Shown: positions 1 through 13,567, counted from the first letter of the stretch. The stretch: DNA of 64,000 nucleotides from Sminthopsis crassicaudata (GCF_048593235.1 NC_133619.1:582979963-583043962), one strand, 5' to 3'. The notes: generated from the sequence alone by a model not told the origin. A program made the numbers and translations.

Positions 1-99
1 TGGAGTCTTTATCATTCCCATAGGAAAAAAAATAACAAAGTAATTAAGTTTTTAAAAAAATGTGAAAAATATATCAATAATAAATTTGAAAACTAGCAA

Positions 100-185
100 A
101 TGTTAAGTGTCTGAGACCAGATTTAAACTCAGGTCCTCCTGACTTCAGTGCTGATGATCTATTCACTGTGCCACCTAGCTACCCC
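100..185 (-). mobile_element. CORE-SINE (MIR/Mar-like) 5' fragment
   Basis: gtgtctgagaccagatttaaactcaggtcctcctgac...tattcactgtgccacctagct is the reverse complement of a tRNA-derived CORE-SINE head (A/B box region). Confidence 0.7.
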
Positions 186-1767
186 ATTTGGATCTATTTT
201 TAAAATTGACTACCATTCCTTTATTATATTGAACAAAATAAGAGAAAGAAAAGTTTATTATAGCTATCCCAAATCTGATAATAAGACCCAACTGGTAGGT
301 ACAGATATCTGCAATATGCAATAATGTGGAAAATAAATAGGATTCCCTTTGATATTAACTAGATGTGTATTACTGTTACAAAATACTAGAGGGTGCTTTC
401 CAAAGTTCTAAAAAGCATAAAACAAACTTATACTCTCCCTTAAATTTCAAAGCATTTTTCCCTTTCTAGAGTGGCTTAAGATTTTTGATGATTAAGACAT
501 GAAAATAGTCACTAGAAGATCCATCTAGGAGAAGGAAATTTTGTAGAAGTACCCTCAAGGAATAAACATTAGGATATAATCCAATTTTACCAGAAATGAT
601 TTCTCTAGAAAAGAGAAAGGAATTATGATCAAAAGAGAATTTTTCTTATTTGGTAAATTATCATTTATATCCTTTTTTAATTTTTTTAATGTTTGGTCTA
701 AAATAGGAATGAAAAAAGAATAGCAATCATGAATCTCCCAATTATAGATACTATATTGTGATCCTTAAAGCTATGATCAGTCTGGATAGGATCCATCCAG
801 TGTAGACAGGAAAAATGTAAAAGAGAGGAGTGAGACAAATATCCAGCCTCTATTTAATAAAACTTTAAGGAGTCCTCTTACCTTTGGCTGAGTCTAGGTT
901 ACCTTAGTCTCCAATCGTTTCTTTATATACAGTGAGAAGCTGCATGGGCACATTTATATTGTTTGTCCAACTCATATCCAAGTGAATGTCAAGGGGAAGA
1001 TTCAGATGTGAGATGGTTTCTTCAGACTGGCCTTAAGGTTGTTAAATATTCGCCTGGAGATTATTGCTCTGGACTACATCCAGAGCACATTTTCTCTGCT
1101 TGATTTGATTTGATGCATTCCAGGCTATGCTATCTTTCAGATTCTTGCTGAAGCATTGATAACTTTCAATTGTATCCATATAGTGTTGGGTCCTCAGTGA
1201 TGTTACTACATATTGCATAATTATCCTTCACCCTGGAGGCATAAAATGTTGGAGCAGCATCACCAGACCTTCAGTTATACCTCATCATTCTTAGCATCTC
1301 TCCTTTCTTGAGTTGTGTCCGACTTCCATTGGGCTATCATTACCAAGCAAAAAATCTAGTTATTTTTAACCTAATACTATCCAGAGGTAAGAATTATTCT
1401 TCTCTGTGATGAAGTTAGCCAGAATATTAAAATTTTAGGCAGCATTCCCCACCACCTGTTTATAATGCTTTATTGCCACATGCTTAGAATAATCTGATCT
1501 GCAACATACTAGCCTCTGAAGCAGTTTTCAAAATTCTAAACATTTATTGTTGTATAAACATAATCTTGTAAGTAGCCATGGAAAAGTAGGGAGCAGCACT
1601 TCCATCAGGTAAAATGTGTGAATAGAAAAACTTGCAGGCACACATTGACATTCAAAAAAAATTTCTGAAAATTTTGAGCTATTAAAGATAATCTCACTGG
1701 CCCATGAATTTTCGCCCTAGTTCTATTTATTTGGGCCTTTGATGATTTCAGAAGATACTTTTGTTAA

Positions 1768-1795
1768 CCTAACATCTTCTTGATCTTTTTTAAAG
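1768..1795 (+). promoter_or_regulatory. Predicted 3' splice site of the OR52 coding exon
   Basis: CCTAAC branch-point match at 1768-1773, pyrimidine tract, AG at 1794-1795, 40 nt upstream of the ATG. This is the typical OR layout of a 5'UTR intron before a single coding exon. Confidence 0.6.
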
Positions 1796-1835
1796 GTTCA
1801 CAAATACCCATTATCTTACATGTTGACTGTTAAAC

Positions 1836-2780
1836 ATGTCATTCTCTAACAGGACCAATCTTCATCCCTCTACTTTCATTCTGATTGGAATCCCAGGATT
1901 AGAGAATGCACACATTTGGATCTCCATCCCCTTCTGCCTGGTGTACATGGTGGCTCTGCTGGGAAACTTTGCTTTACTATTCATCATTAAGACTGACACT
2001 AGTCTTCATGAGCCCATGTACCTCTTCCTTTGCATGCTGGCTGTGACAGACCTGGTCGTGTGCACTATTGCAATACCCAAGCTTCTCAGCCTCTTCTGGT
2101 TCAAAGATAGAGAAATCCGATTTGAAGCTTGCCTGACACAAGTATTTTTGATTCATTCCTGCTCCACAATGGAATCTGGTTTCTTTCTGGCTATGGCATT
2201 TGACCGCTATGTGGCCATATGTAAACCTCTTAGGCATTCAGCAATCCTGACCCACACAGTCATTGGAAGCTTGGGGTTGGCTATTGTTTTCCGTGGAGCT
2301 TTGCTAATCAGTCCTCATCCCTTTCTACTGAAGTGGCTTCCCTACTGCAAGACTAATATCATATCTCATACCTACTGTGAGTTCATGGCATTGATCAAAC
2401 TGGCCTGTGCTGAGACCAGAATACGTAGAGCTTATAGCCTAATTGTTGCATTCCTTACTGGAGGACTCGATTTCATATTAATCATCTGTTCCTACATTCT
2501 CATTCTCCATGCTGTCTTCCAGCTCCCTTCTAAGGAAGCACGTCTGAAGACCCTGGGAACCTGTGGATCTCATGTCTGTGTCATATTAGTTTCTTACATT
2601 CCAGCCTTCTTCTCATTCCTCACACATAGATTTGGACACCATGTTCCTCCTCATATCCATATTTTTGTAGCTAATATCTATTTATTGGTCCCTCCTATGG
2701 TAAATCCTATCATCTATGGAGTAAGAACAAAGAGAATCCGGGAAAGAATTCTCAAAGTCTTTAGTCCCCTGAAGACTTGA
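1836..2780 (+). CDS. Class I olfactory receptor, OR52 family, intact (314 aa)
   Basis: N-terminal NRT sequon, FILIGIPGLE, LHEPMYLFL, MAFDRYVAIC, SHTYCE, KTLGTCGSH, THRFG, PPMVNPIIYGVRT; uninterrupted 7TM ORF. Confidence 0.96.
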   Translation: MSFSNRTNLHPSTFILIGIPGLENAHIWISIPFCLVYMVALLGNFALLFIIKTDTSLHEPMYLFLCMLAVTDLVVCTIAIPKLLSLFWFKDREIRFEACLTQVFLIHSCSTMESGFFLAMAFDRYVAICKPLRHSAILTHTVIGSLGLAIVFRGALLISPHPFLLKWLPYCKTNIISHTYCEFMALIKLACAETRIRRAYSLIVAFLTGGLDFILIICSYILILHAVFQLPSKEARLKTLGTCGSHVCVILVSYIPAFFSFLTHRFGHHVPPHIHIFVANIYLLVPPMVNPIIYGVRTKRIRERILKVFSPLKT

Positions 2781-4921
2781 AGAGCCAAGATTTTTACACA
2801 TCAACCGTGTACCTAATCATAAACCAGAGAAACATGTGTTAGATGGATTTTGGAAATATGGATTAGGGAGGTAAGAATATAACATTGATATCTCCAGGAA
2901 AATATATCCTACTAATCCTAATAATGGGAAATGCAATGGTTGCAAAAAATGAAAAGATATGTATTATTGATGAAAAGTTAGTTTAATTTTTCCTGAAATC
3001 CAAGAATGGATAAACCTCATGTGCCCTGTTTCTGTTGCAAGGGATTATATGACCTTAAGTTTATAGCATTCTTGGTTATGACTGAAGAATCACTGAAGGG
3101 ACATTTATTGAAGAACACAATAGTCCAAATGCGAACAAACTGTGAGAAAAACTGATTATTCAATTAAAAAGACAAAAAAGAAAACAAAACAAAAAAAAAC
3201 TATTTTTGGATTTTATAGGCAAACTACTGGGATAATAAGTTCTTGTCAACAACTTTCTAGTCTTAATTACACTGTAACATAAAATCTAAAACTACATTTT
3301 TCTTTTTCCTATGTTGCTAGATGGACAATTGAACAATTGGGGGATGGGGAATAAGTAAGGAGTTATATAGAGATAGAATCCGAGTCATTTGAGAATTTGA
3401 GAAATATTTACTTGTGCAAAAAAACAAACATTTAACAGCCTCTCCCCACTTCCATCTCAGTTTGGGGGACTTGATAAGAAGGTAAAAGTAATGACGAAGT
3501 TGTAAATAATAATGATATTAATCATTTTGATGATAATGATAAAAGAGTTTATGTTCATGAGGTCACATATTCTTGGATTATATATTTAGGACTGGCAGAG
3601 ACTTTTAAACTCATATTAAGCTCAAATTCCCTTTGTTTCTGGTATGGAGATATGGAAGTGAAACCCAGACTTAGCTAGAATCATACATCTGGTATCTGAT
3701 GTAGGATTTTATTTCAAGGTTTCCAAATTCCAAGTTTATATACTATTCCATGTTACCTTTCAATTCAATGTCCCAGAAGTAGGATGTTGAAGACAGTGTT
3801 ACTGTTGTTGATGCTATTAAGATGGCAATCATAATAATGATGATGATAATGGATATAAGAATAATGTATAAATTGATACCCAAACAGAACTAAGCATTGC
3901 TATTTTTTAAGTAAACTATGTTTACATTAATGAGTTTTTTTTCTCTACAATAGCATGCCTGCTAGATGACTAAACTATTCACAGCCATACTGCCAAACTC
4001 TTGTTTATATAATATCCTAAATTAATAAAGGTTTCAAACAAAACTTTTCAGAGTTCTTTTGAAATTTTGGAGATATTTTTTGAATATGTGGTGTATCTAC
4101 TGTTATTTCTCACTCTAATCATATGATCAACATATCTTTTTCTCTTATACGTTTCTTAAATATTCTTCACTTTGCTTCTCCTACAGACATCAAAGTTGTT
4201 TAAATTCGGTAACCTGCTCATTCCTATAATGCTTCCACATGACTTTCTATTGTTCCTTTAGTGAGGTAGAATTTATTTTCTTCAGAATTTTAGTGCTCCT
4301 TGACTCATTGCAATACATCACTGGAAGGAAATTGTTATTAAAAAGAGGAGCTTTTACTTAATTTTTTTTTCTTAATAATTGTTGTCATTAAAAAAAAATA
4401 ACAAAATATACTTTTAAATTTTTGAAACAGTGCAATCCACTCTCTTCTCCCTGGTTAATTTTGATAATATTTCCTACTATGTGTGATTTTTAGAATATAA
4501 ATATATACAAATATGTGCACAGATATGCAATATACACAAATGAATATATGGCATGTATGCACATATTTATACACACATATCCATACACACATATCCATAT
4601 ATATATATATATCTGTATTAATCTTAAGTATCTAAAAGTAGTCCATATCACTGTAACATACTTTAAATAATATTTCTTCTTTGTGAACCAGTTTTTCTGC
4701 ATCAATAATTAGGACAAATTCTTTTGTGTGAATAGGAATCTCTTTAAAGACTAATTGTAATAATCCATCTCATTTTTGTGATCAGAAAAATGTCATACAT
4801 CAGAGGAGTATGTGAAAAAAATTCTCCATGCCTTCACCTTGACTTTTAGCAAAAAAATTTATACTAAAAACAATTTTTAAAATATGTTCAAATAAATACA
4901 TTGAATTTTGATTGTATCCTA

Positions 4922-5057
4922 NNNNNNNNNNNNNNNNNNNNNNNNNNNNNNNNNNNNNNNNNNNNNNNNNNNNNNNNNNNNNNNNNNNNNNNNNNNNNNN
5001 NNNNNNNNNNNNNNNNNNNNNNNNNNNNNNNNNNNNNNNNNNNNNNNNNNNNNNNNN
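4922..5057. other. Assembly gap (others at 16184-16312, 17292-17432, 38597-38748, 42484-42642, 57864-58019)
   Basis: Runs of N. Confidence 0.99.
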
Positions 5058-5787
5058 ATCTGCTTACATGTGCCAAGTACTGTGCTAAATACTTGGAATA
5101 AAAATACATGCAATATATATGACAGTTCTTCCTGTCAAGTAACAGAGATTCTAAAGAAGGAAAATAACATTGTAAAAAAAGTGAAAATATGCTGTAGAGC
5201 AGGGAAAGGAAATACTAGTGTTGAGAGAGATCCAACATTCCAAAGGTCATGATCTAAGCCAAGTTTATTAATATGGTGATAAAAATGCTTACTCCCATTG
5301 AGTTTTGACAATAAACTCATCTTTCAGAGGAGACAGCAGAGATGAACCATTCTTTCTGTAATTCAGCTCAGAAAGGAAAGTAACTGTTTTTCTACTTTTC
5401 AAGAGAGATAATATTCCAATGGCTCATGGGATAAGAGAGAAACCTACTAATCTGTTTTTCAGTCTGCATACTTGATTTTACCCATCTAGTGGGTTTATAA
5501 AGCCAGTGTGTGACCATAATTAAGAGGGAAAGAACAAGAGAGGTCATTCTCCAGGTAAAAGTGGATTTTATCAATATGATGTCATGTCAAGGAAGATCCT
5601 TGCTCCCCTTGCTCTGACTGGTGATCTTGTACCTTACCTGATACACACTTACCATTTCACGTTCATGGCTCTGATATAATATCAATAAAATTATAAACTC
5701 AAATATACTATTCCTGGAAATGCTGTATCACTCACCCAATCTGAACTCTGGTCATCCCTGTTCCTATAAATGTTGTCTTTCTTCATT

Positions 5788-5890
5788 AGATTATAAACTT
5801 TGTGAAATAAGTGACAGTCTTACTTGCTTTTTATTCATATCCTCAGTGCTTGACAAATGGCACTTAATTAATGTTTTTCATTCATTCATG
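5788..5890 (+). mobile_element. L2 LINE 3' end fragment
   Basis: gattataaact...atcctcagtgcttgacaaatggcacttaattaatgtttttcattcattca resembles the L2 3' tail. Confidence 0.6.
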
Positions 5891-7439
5891 ACATATTTCC
5901 CACTGCAAGTAAATGCAATTGCTAATTTAGAGCTGCATTACAAATGGTCCAAATCTATAAAACTCAAGGAGAAGCCAATTTCAAGGGCAGTAATAGGGAC
6001 CAGTGAATATTGTTTTATACATAGCTATGATTCTTCATCATTTCTCTTTAGCATCATCATGGCACAGACACTAGGAATTTCCCTAGAATAACTCAAAGAT
6101 TCAATCTTTTAACTTATTTTTCTTAGAAGGCCTCTTTGCTTTAGCATGTACATTGTACATGCAGATCCAATCCATTTTCCTTAAATGTTTCCCTATTTGT
6201 CTACCAGTTCCAAAAATGGAATTTTTAGTTTTATAAGATTAGGCTTTAGAAGTCTAGTATTCCCCTGGGTTGTCAACTTTTTTGATATTTGGCAATAACT
6301 TATTGGACTTAAATTTTAAATAGCAGAAAGTCCATCAAAAAACTGTGGGAGGTGATATTGGATACATTTTGAGGAAGGTAATATTAGCCACCATGTCACA
6401 GAACTTTCTGACTCTATAATTAGGATAAGGAAAGATAAAAAAATGTTTCTCAAGAGTTATGAGTAGTATGTTGTGGGAATGAACATATTATTGGCACCCT
6501 GGTTGAAAGTGAAGTGAAAGAAAAGATCATATGGCTGGAAAATATATGCCATGATCAGGCAAGTAACATTAACAACAAGGTCAGGTTCAGCCAAAGACAA
6601 AAAAATAGCCATCTCTGCTGACACATTTACCACTTATCAAATGGAGCCTTTCTCCAAGAATAGGAGTAAGATTTTGTTGTAATGAAGGCATAGTATTGCC
6701 CCAGGTTGCAGGGGAGTCGTATGTGGTTGTAAAAATCCAGCTTTTACTGTGACGATCTTGGTCTATATACATTATCTAATAAACCTGACTATCTTATAAA
6801 TACATTTGTAAATATGTCTAATTTATAGTCGCTTCAAATTACATGTAAGCTATTTAATGAGAATATGTGATGTAAGGCCAGGATGTCATGGCAGAGATGG
6901 GGCATTCTGCTTCAAGCACTGAGGAAGACAATGTAGATGTGAAAATGTCTATCTTTCATTTACTGTATATGAGAAATAGATGTGCATTTGTTTGGTTTCT
7001 AGAGTTGTCAGGATTGAATTGGAGAAATGGGACTTGAATTAGAGGGTTAAAACCCATGGGGACATGGGTGGGTGGTCAGAGTAGAGGTCATCTCTCCCAA
7101 AAGAATGTAAGAATATAAGCTCCTTAGAGCCAGGGACTAAGTTTTGTGATCTGGGTGGGGGCTTGAGATTTTAAAAGAATCTTTAGTTCTTTGCTCTAGC
7201 TTTCTATTGTTGAAGCCCCCTTAGTATATTCACATTCTTGTACCACTTCCTCAAGATAAGAGAAGGGTGAGGCTACAAGTCTACTGCAAAAATCCTGTTT
7301 ATTGGGACCTTGATCCTTCTCTGGACCCCATCCCTGTTGAACAAAAATCTTTGTTTCCTCTCTCTTTTGTTCTTTTTGCTGAGCCAAGTTTACTTTGAGC
7401 TCTGAAGCCCAATCAATACAAGGAAGAGACAGTAAAATA

Positions 7440-7693
7440 TTTCTAGCCATATGAAAAGATGCTCCAAGTAACTATTAATCAGAGAAATGCAAATTAAGAC
7501 AACTCTCAGACACCACAACACTTCTCTGAGATTGGCTAAGATGACTGGAAAAGATAATGCCGAATGTTAGAGAGGATGTGGGAAAACTGGAACACTGATA
7601 CGTTGTGGTGAAACTGTGAATGGATCCAACTATTCTGGAGAGCAATTTGGAACTATGCTCAAAAGGTTATCAAACTGTATACCCTTTGATGCA
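7440..7693 (+). mobile_element. L1 ORF2 C-terminal fragment
   Basis: gaaatgcaaattaagacaactct..., ggatgtgggaaaactggaacactgata, actattctggagagcaatttggaactatgctc are L1 ORF2 3' motifs. Confidence 0.85.
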
Positions 7694-7694
7694 G

Positions 7695-8490
7695 CAGTGT
7701 TTCTTTTTTTCCTTTTTTCAAAAATTTATTATATACTTTATTTTTTATTAAAGCTTTTTATTTGCAAAACATATGCGTGGGTAATTTTTGCAACATTGAT
7801 CCTTGCAAAACCTTTTGTTCCAAATTTTCCCCTCTTTCTCCCCACCCTATCCCCTACTTGGCAGGTTGACCAATACATGTTAAATATGTTAAAATACATA
7901 TTAAATCCAATATATGTATTTATATTTATACAGTTTATCTTGCTGTACAAGAAAAATTAGATCAAAAAGGAAGAAAAAGAAAAACTGAGAACAAAAACAA
8001 AATACAAGCAAATAACAACAGAGATAGTGAGAATTGTTGCGTTCCACATTCTGTTTCCATGGTTCTTTCTCTGGATAGAGATGGCTCTCTTCATCACTGA
8101 ACAAGTGGAACTAGTTTGTATCCTCTCATTGTTGAAGAGAGCCACGTCCATCATAATTGATCCTTATATAGCCTTTTTATTGCTTTATATGGTGATCTCA
8201 TGGTTCTGCTCATTTCACTTAACATCAGTTCATGTAAGTCTCTCCAGGTCTCTCTGTATTCATCCTGCTGGTCATTTCTTACAGAACAATAATATCCCAT
8301 AATATTCATATACCATAATTTTGTTCAGCCATTCTCCCTTTGATGGGTATCCACTCAGTTTCCAGTTTCTTGCCACTACAAAGAGGACTGCTACAAACAT
8401 TTTTGCACATGAGGGTCCCTTTCCCTCCTTTAAGATCTCTTTGGGATATAATCCCTGTAGAAACACTGCTGTATCAAAAGGTATGTATAG
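7695..8490 (-). mobile_element. L1 3' end (end of ORF2 plus 3'UTR and A tail)
   Basis: T-rich tail at left, ggtcatttcttacagaacaataat; ORF 8272-8466 (GLYPKEILKEGKGPSCAKMFVA) is the L1 ORF2 C-terminus. Confidence 0.9.
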
Positions 8491-8499
8491 GTCACATTA

Positions 8500-8875
8500 T
8501 GGAAGATACATTTTTTCTTCTCTTTTAATTATTGTTGCTGTTATTTTTCTTTTTTAGTTTAGTGCATTTTTTTACACATTTCCTTATGAGTCATGTTGGC
8601 AGAGAAAAATCAGAAAAGGGAAAATCAACCAGGGGGTGAGGAAAAGCAGAAGAAAAAGGGGAAAAAAGGGAATAGAATATGTGTTGATGCAGTCTGCATA
8701 GTTCTCTCTATGTATGCTGATGGTGTTTTCCAAACAAAGTTTACTGGGATTGCTTTGGATTATTTAACTCCTGAGAAGGTTCCAGTCTTTCATAGTTAAT
8801 CATTGTGCAATCTTGCTGTTTCTGTGTACAATGTATTCCTAGCTCTGCTTGTTTCGCTCAGCCTCAGTTCAGCAC
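8500..8875 (-). mobile_element. Older L1 3'UTR fragment
   Basis: caatcttgctgtttctgtgtacaatgtattcctagctctgcttgtttcgctcagcctcagttca is a diverged version of the L1 3' motif seen at 8190-8240. Confidence 0.65.
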
Positions 8876-8879
8876 TGCA

Positions 8880-9142
8880 TTCTAAGTGACCCTGTGCCAG
8901 TGTCTCCCATATCATACAATTAATTCAAAAAATCTGGAGACCATGGTAGTGTTCTTGTATTTCTTTTTCTGACCACATTGGGAGCACTTGCCCTTTGTGA
9001 AATCTCCATAAAATAATCTTCTTGGGAAGCATGCATTTGGCATTCAAACTTATGGTCCATCTAGCAGAGTTGTACTCTCTGCAGAAAAGTTAGAATGCTT
9101 GGTGATTCAAGAAAGGACCTTGGTGTCTGATCCTGCCAGGTG
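8880..9142 (-). mobile_element. RTE-clade LINE fragment
   Basis: cctgtgccagtgtctccca, ctccataaaataatcttcttgggaagc, agagttgtactctctgcag, tcctgccaggtgatct match recalled marsupial RTE ORF C-terminal motifs in antisense. Confidence 0.65.
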
Positions 9143-12100
9143 ATCTACTACTAAAAAAAAATATGTATTTAATCTAATTATAATAAAATATGCTTCACTG
9201 GGTTCACAATAAAGTTTTCAGGATTGATTAAGAGGATGAAGGGAGGGTTGGCCATCCATGAAATCTTCTAATTAATGAAATATAAAGTTCAATATTGGAA
9301 CAAAGTACACTAAAGTACAGATATAGATAAAGTACAATCATCTTACTTTTATGGGACTGGGAAGGGCCTGAGGGTTTCAATCAGACTAAGTATATGGATA
9401 TTTGTGGCAAAGGAATAGACACATTACTACATTTTAGGGAGGACATCAACTGATAAAGTGGATAATTGACCAGATGAGATCAACCAGGATGGTAAAGGAA
9501 CTAAAAGTCATTTCCTAAGAGAAGATACTACTACTACCACTAATTATTATTATAAAGAAAAATATGTATTTATATATACATATATATATGATATAAAGTA
9601 CCAAAATACACATATATGTACATATGTGTATATTACATGTATATATGATATATGTGTACATATATGCTATAAATTAGCTATAAATAAATATGTAAAGTAT
9701 AATTTAAGGAATTATATAAGTTGTCCAGGGAGATAGAGTTTCTTTCTTTTAATGATTTATCTATTTTGTGAATTCACACAGTGCTTTGGTTTGAAGTCCT
9801 CAATTTACAGTATCCTCAGAGACTCATCTACTATGATTCCCAGGTGACTTTCAAACACCAGAGATGATTTTTGAGCAATGTGTATAAAATATGCATATAC
9901 ATACCCAGAAACATACAAGATGCATTCTCTCTTAATTATCCATTGTTACTTCACCAGCAAAGCATGACCCTTATGTCATTGAACTTGGAGTATTTCAGAT
10001 CCTGAAAATAAGCATAGGATTTGTGTTTCAACAATTCCTTTGCAAAGTGGTTGGGAAAACAATGCAAATAAAAGGTAATTTTAAAAAAATCTTCTAACTG
10101 TATTTTGGAAAGTAACTAGAAATAAAGGTCACTTTTATCAATTCCTTAAACTCTAGGTTATTTTTATTGTATCTATAATTTTCTCCCTTCAGATTTTTTG
10201 GAAACCTAATTGAAGAGAAGGAAAAAATACTTATATAGGATGTGTTCAATAATTTTCATTGAAGTATTCCTAATTCATCAATAATATATCTGGAATGTAA
10301 GGATAGTATACTAAGATAAAAGAAAGCAGAGCAATCTTCCTATATGTTTACATTTATGGATATAGATTTTCCCTTATTAGAGGTAGCATATTATACTGGG
10401 TAGAAAAGCCAGGATGACCCGGGTTGGTAAGGCTCTCCTCTGACACAAACTGATTATGGAACAAATAGCAAGTCACTACCCTCTTGGTGCTCTAAATCTG
10501 AGGCATCACACACTTCCCACAGCTACTGAATGTAGTTTGAACCAGACAGATGAGTATTTTAAAAGTAAATAAAGCAGAAATAATATTACATTTTAAAAAT
10601 AAGTCATTAAGTGACCCAAAATAATCCTAATGCATTGATTAGTGTTGTCTTTTCTATTTGAATTTGACCTCAAGGGCTCAGGTAATTCTGTAAAATTATA
10701 GGGAGCAAAGAAAGTGGGGACCTGCCTTAAATAAAGGGAATTACCTTAATTAGAGTTTATTAATGAAAGTACAGATCCAGTTCTTATTTCTGATGGTTGA
10801 ACAGTTTCATTTAGATGCAAGATGATGTATAGGGCAATTTTTAATGATCCTTAAAGCTCTATAAACTAAAAGTTTGGTTTCTCCATGTATCTAATAATGA
10901 TTAACAATATCAATAGTCATTGATTTGAAGATTAAGGAAATAATAATATTGCTTTCAACAAATATATCCTTTCACAAGTTATTCAGCCCAAATCTCCCAA
11001 GACTTCAAGTCAACAAAACCCCACTACTTTCTGATGCAACCCATTCCTTCTTTTGAATAGCTTTAATTTTGACAGTTTTAAGAGAATCACTATGATAAAA
11101 TCTAATTTCTTTTAGATATGATAAGATTTCAAATACTTTAAAACTTACATCATATCTTATGTTGTTTTACCTTCTATTCTCATTTTCTCTAAACTCTTGT
11201 TTGCCTCAGTTTCCACTTCTGTAAAATAAGGATTATAAAATAGCATGTCACAGCACTGTTATAAAGATATGATTTACTTTTTATAAAACTTTATATAAAC
11301 TTCAAAGTAATATATGAATGCTAGTTATTATTATTATCTCCTCAGATGAAATGAGCTATAAGTTCTTGAACTGTTATCAGCTGATATCCTTCCTTAAAAT
11401 GTAGTTCCTAGAACAGCTATAAGATTGCAGATATACTTTTTTCCAGAATAGAATACAGGATAATAATTATATTTTTTGTAATGATATGTCTCTAAATAGG
11501 GCCTAAGACTTTTTCACATATCATACTGTACTACTGACTCATTTTGAATTTACAGATCAATAAAACTCCACGATCTTTTTTTTAAATGAATACCATCAAG
11601 CTTCTATTTTATGTATATTTATTGTGTAAATTTATGTGAATATTTATGAGTAAAACCCTGTGTGAGGTTTTACATTTATTCTTACTAAATATAATATTAA
11701 GAATTGTTTCCTAGTGACTTCAGCTAAATTTTAAGGTCAGAAAGGAAATGCAAAAAAGGTCTTAAAATAAAAAAAATAAAAAATAAAGTTTTTTCCCCCA
11801 CCCTTTTCAAGTCAGAAGCTTGAATAGCTCAATTGTTTATGAAGAGAACAGCAAGACAATGACACTTATAGGCTAAAAACTGCATTCCTACATTGTTCTA
11901 GATACTTTTCTTTTTTCAAAACCAGAGGAACAGGAATTAAGGTGCCTTAATTGTGGGGATGGGTTTTGAAGGATAGAATGCTGCTTAAGACAGGCTAGAC
12001 TTCCCCAATGTGATAATCACAGAGATCAAATAGTTAAGGGTTCAGAGTTACAGAGAGAAGAGGTTTTTATCCTGTCTTCAACTAAGGGTTGTTACCCCTT

Positions 12101-12174
12101 TTTAAATGAACTTCTTAGGAATTCAGGGAAAAAGATAATTTGTAACACCTAGAGTTAAAACAAAATCAATTCCA

Positions 12175-12737
12175 TTATTATTGCTCTGTAAGAAATGACC
12201 AGCAGAGATTTCAGAAAGGCCTGGAGAGACTTACATGAACTGAGGCTAAGTAACATAAGCAGGTCCAGGAGATCATTATATACTTTAATAACAGTACTAT
12301 ATGATGATCAATTCTGATGGACGTGGCTTTCTTCAACAATGAGATGAACCAAATCAGTTCCAATAGAGCAGTAATGAACTGAACCAGTTATAGCCAGTGA
12401 AAGAACACTGGGAAATGAGCATGAACAATTACATAGCATTTCCATTCCCTCTGTTTTTGGCTACTTGCATTTTTTATTTCCTTCTCAGGTTAATTTTACC
12501 TTATTTCAAAGTCCAATTCTTCTTATGTAGCAAAATAACTGTATGGATATGTATACATATATTGTATTTAACATATACTTTAACATATTTAACATGTATT
12601 GGTCTACCTGCCATCTAGGATAGGAAGTAGGGGGAAGGAGGGGAAAATTGGAACAGAAGGTTTTGCAATGGACAATACTGAAAAAATATCTATGCATAGA
12701 TCTTGTGAATAAAAAATCTATAATAATAATAAAAATG
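12175..12737 (+). mobile_element. 5'-truncated L1 3' end with target-site duplication
   Basis: L1 3' motifs and A-rich tail; caaaatcaattcca at 12161-12174 and 12738-12751; TT/AAAA site at the left flank. Confidence 0.9.
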
Positions 12738-12778
12738 CAAAATCAATTCCACTCAACTAAATTTGTAACTTAAGGAAG

Positions 12779-12949
12779 TGTTGAGGTTCAGAATGAGACC
12801 CCAAGAGAGGAGCTTGCAGACTGGTGTCACAAGATATTTCAAAAGAATTTTTAGGCTTGAACCCATCTCCAAGTCAAGGGACAAAGTTTATCATAATTGT
12901 TAACACTAGTTGAAGTAGGCTAAGTTCCAAAAGGATTTAGCAAAAAAAG

Positions 12950-13027
<78 letters not shown>

Positions 13028-13366
13028 AACTTTATAGGACAAAGTTAGAGAGACCAAAGTTTCATGTTATCTATTAGCTAATTTTATTGCTTACAAAGGT
13101 AGGTTTGAGGGGTGGTCTATTCACTAAGTCTCAGGAACTTGGTTATCACTGACCTGTAGATTATCAATCTGATAGTCAGCAATGTTGGTAGGGATATCCT
13201 AAAGCCAAAAGACTTTAAAATAATTGACAGACAAATTGTTATAACAATAGCACTCCAAGGTCAGGGAACCTTAGGATTACTGCTATATTTTCCTTAGAAG
13301 CTGTACTCCCTCCAGAAGAATGCAGGTGCCCATTGAAGAATTGTTGAGGCAAAAGATACCTCAACA
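12779..13366. mobile_element. Probable LTR-like element
   Basis: Terminal inverted repeat TGTTGAGG...CCTCAACA; no matching TSD found. Confidence 0.45.
12953..13023. repeat. (GA)n microsatellite, about 35 units
   Basis: Seen directly. Confidence 0.98.
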
Positions 13367-13567
13367 AGATTAGGGTTGCCAGTTCAGTGTTATGGGTATG
13401 GAGAAAAAATTTGCAAACTCAATTTGTCTCAAAGTTAATGGGCAAAGACATATTATACTGCTAACAGCAAATTAAGTTCCAAAAGAATTTATCAAAGTAC
13501 CAGAAACAAGAAGAGAAATTTATAGAAAAAAGATAGAAAGTTCAATGCTTCAAATCACTAATATGCT

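Noticed and set aside
880-1340. Less AT-rich block with faint RTE-like motifs
   Set aside because: I could not build a consistent frame or orientation; left unclassified
1977-2237. Antisense and alternate-frame ORFs over OR genes (also 20800-21224, 21571-21774, 44496-44840, 45032-45226)
   Set aside because: Shadow ORFs of real coding sequence, with no independent motifs
4888-5252. ORFs spanning N runs (also at 16082, 17073, 38584, 42457, 57709)
   Set aside because: Artefacts of untranslatable gaps
6258-6272. O/E-like TCCCCTGGG site and scattered TAATTA motifs
   Set aside because: Short motifs expected by chance, with no linked transcription-start evidence
6869-7430. Possible LTR starting TGTAAGG
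   Set aside because: No matching ACA end or TSD found
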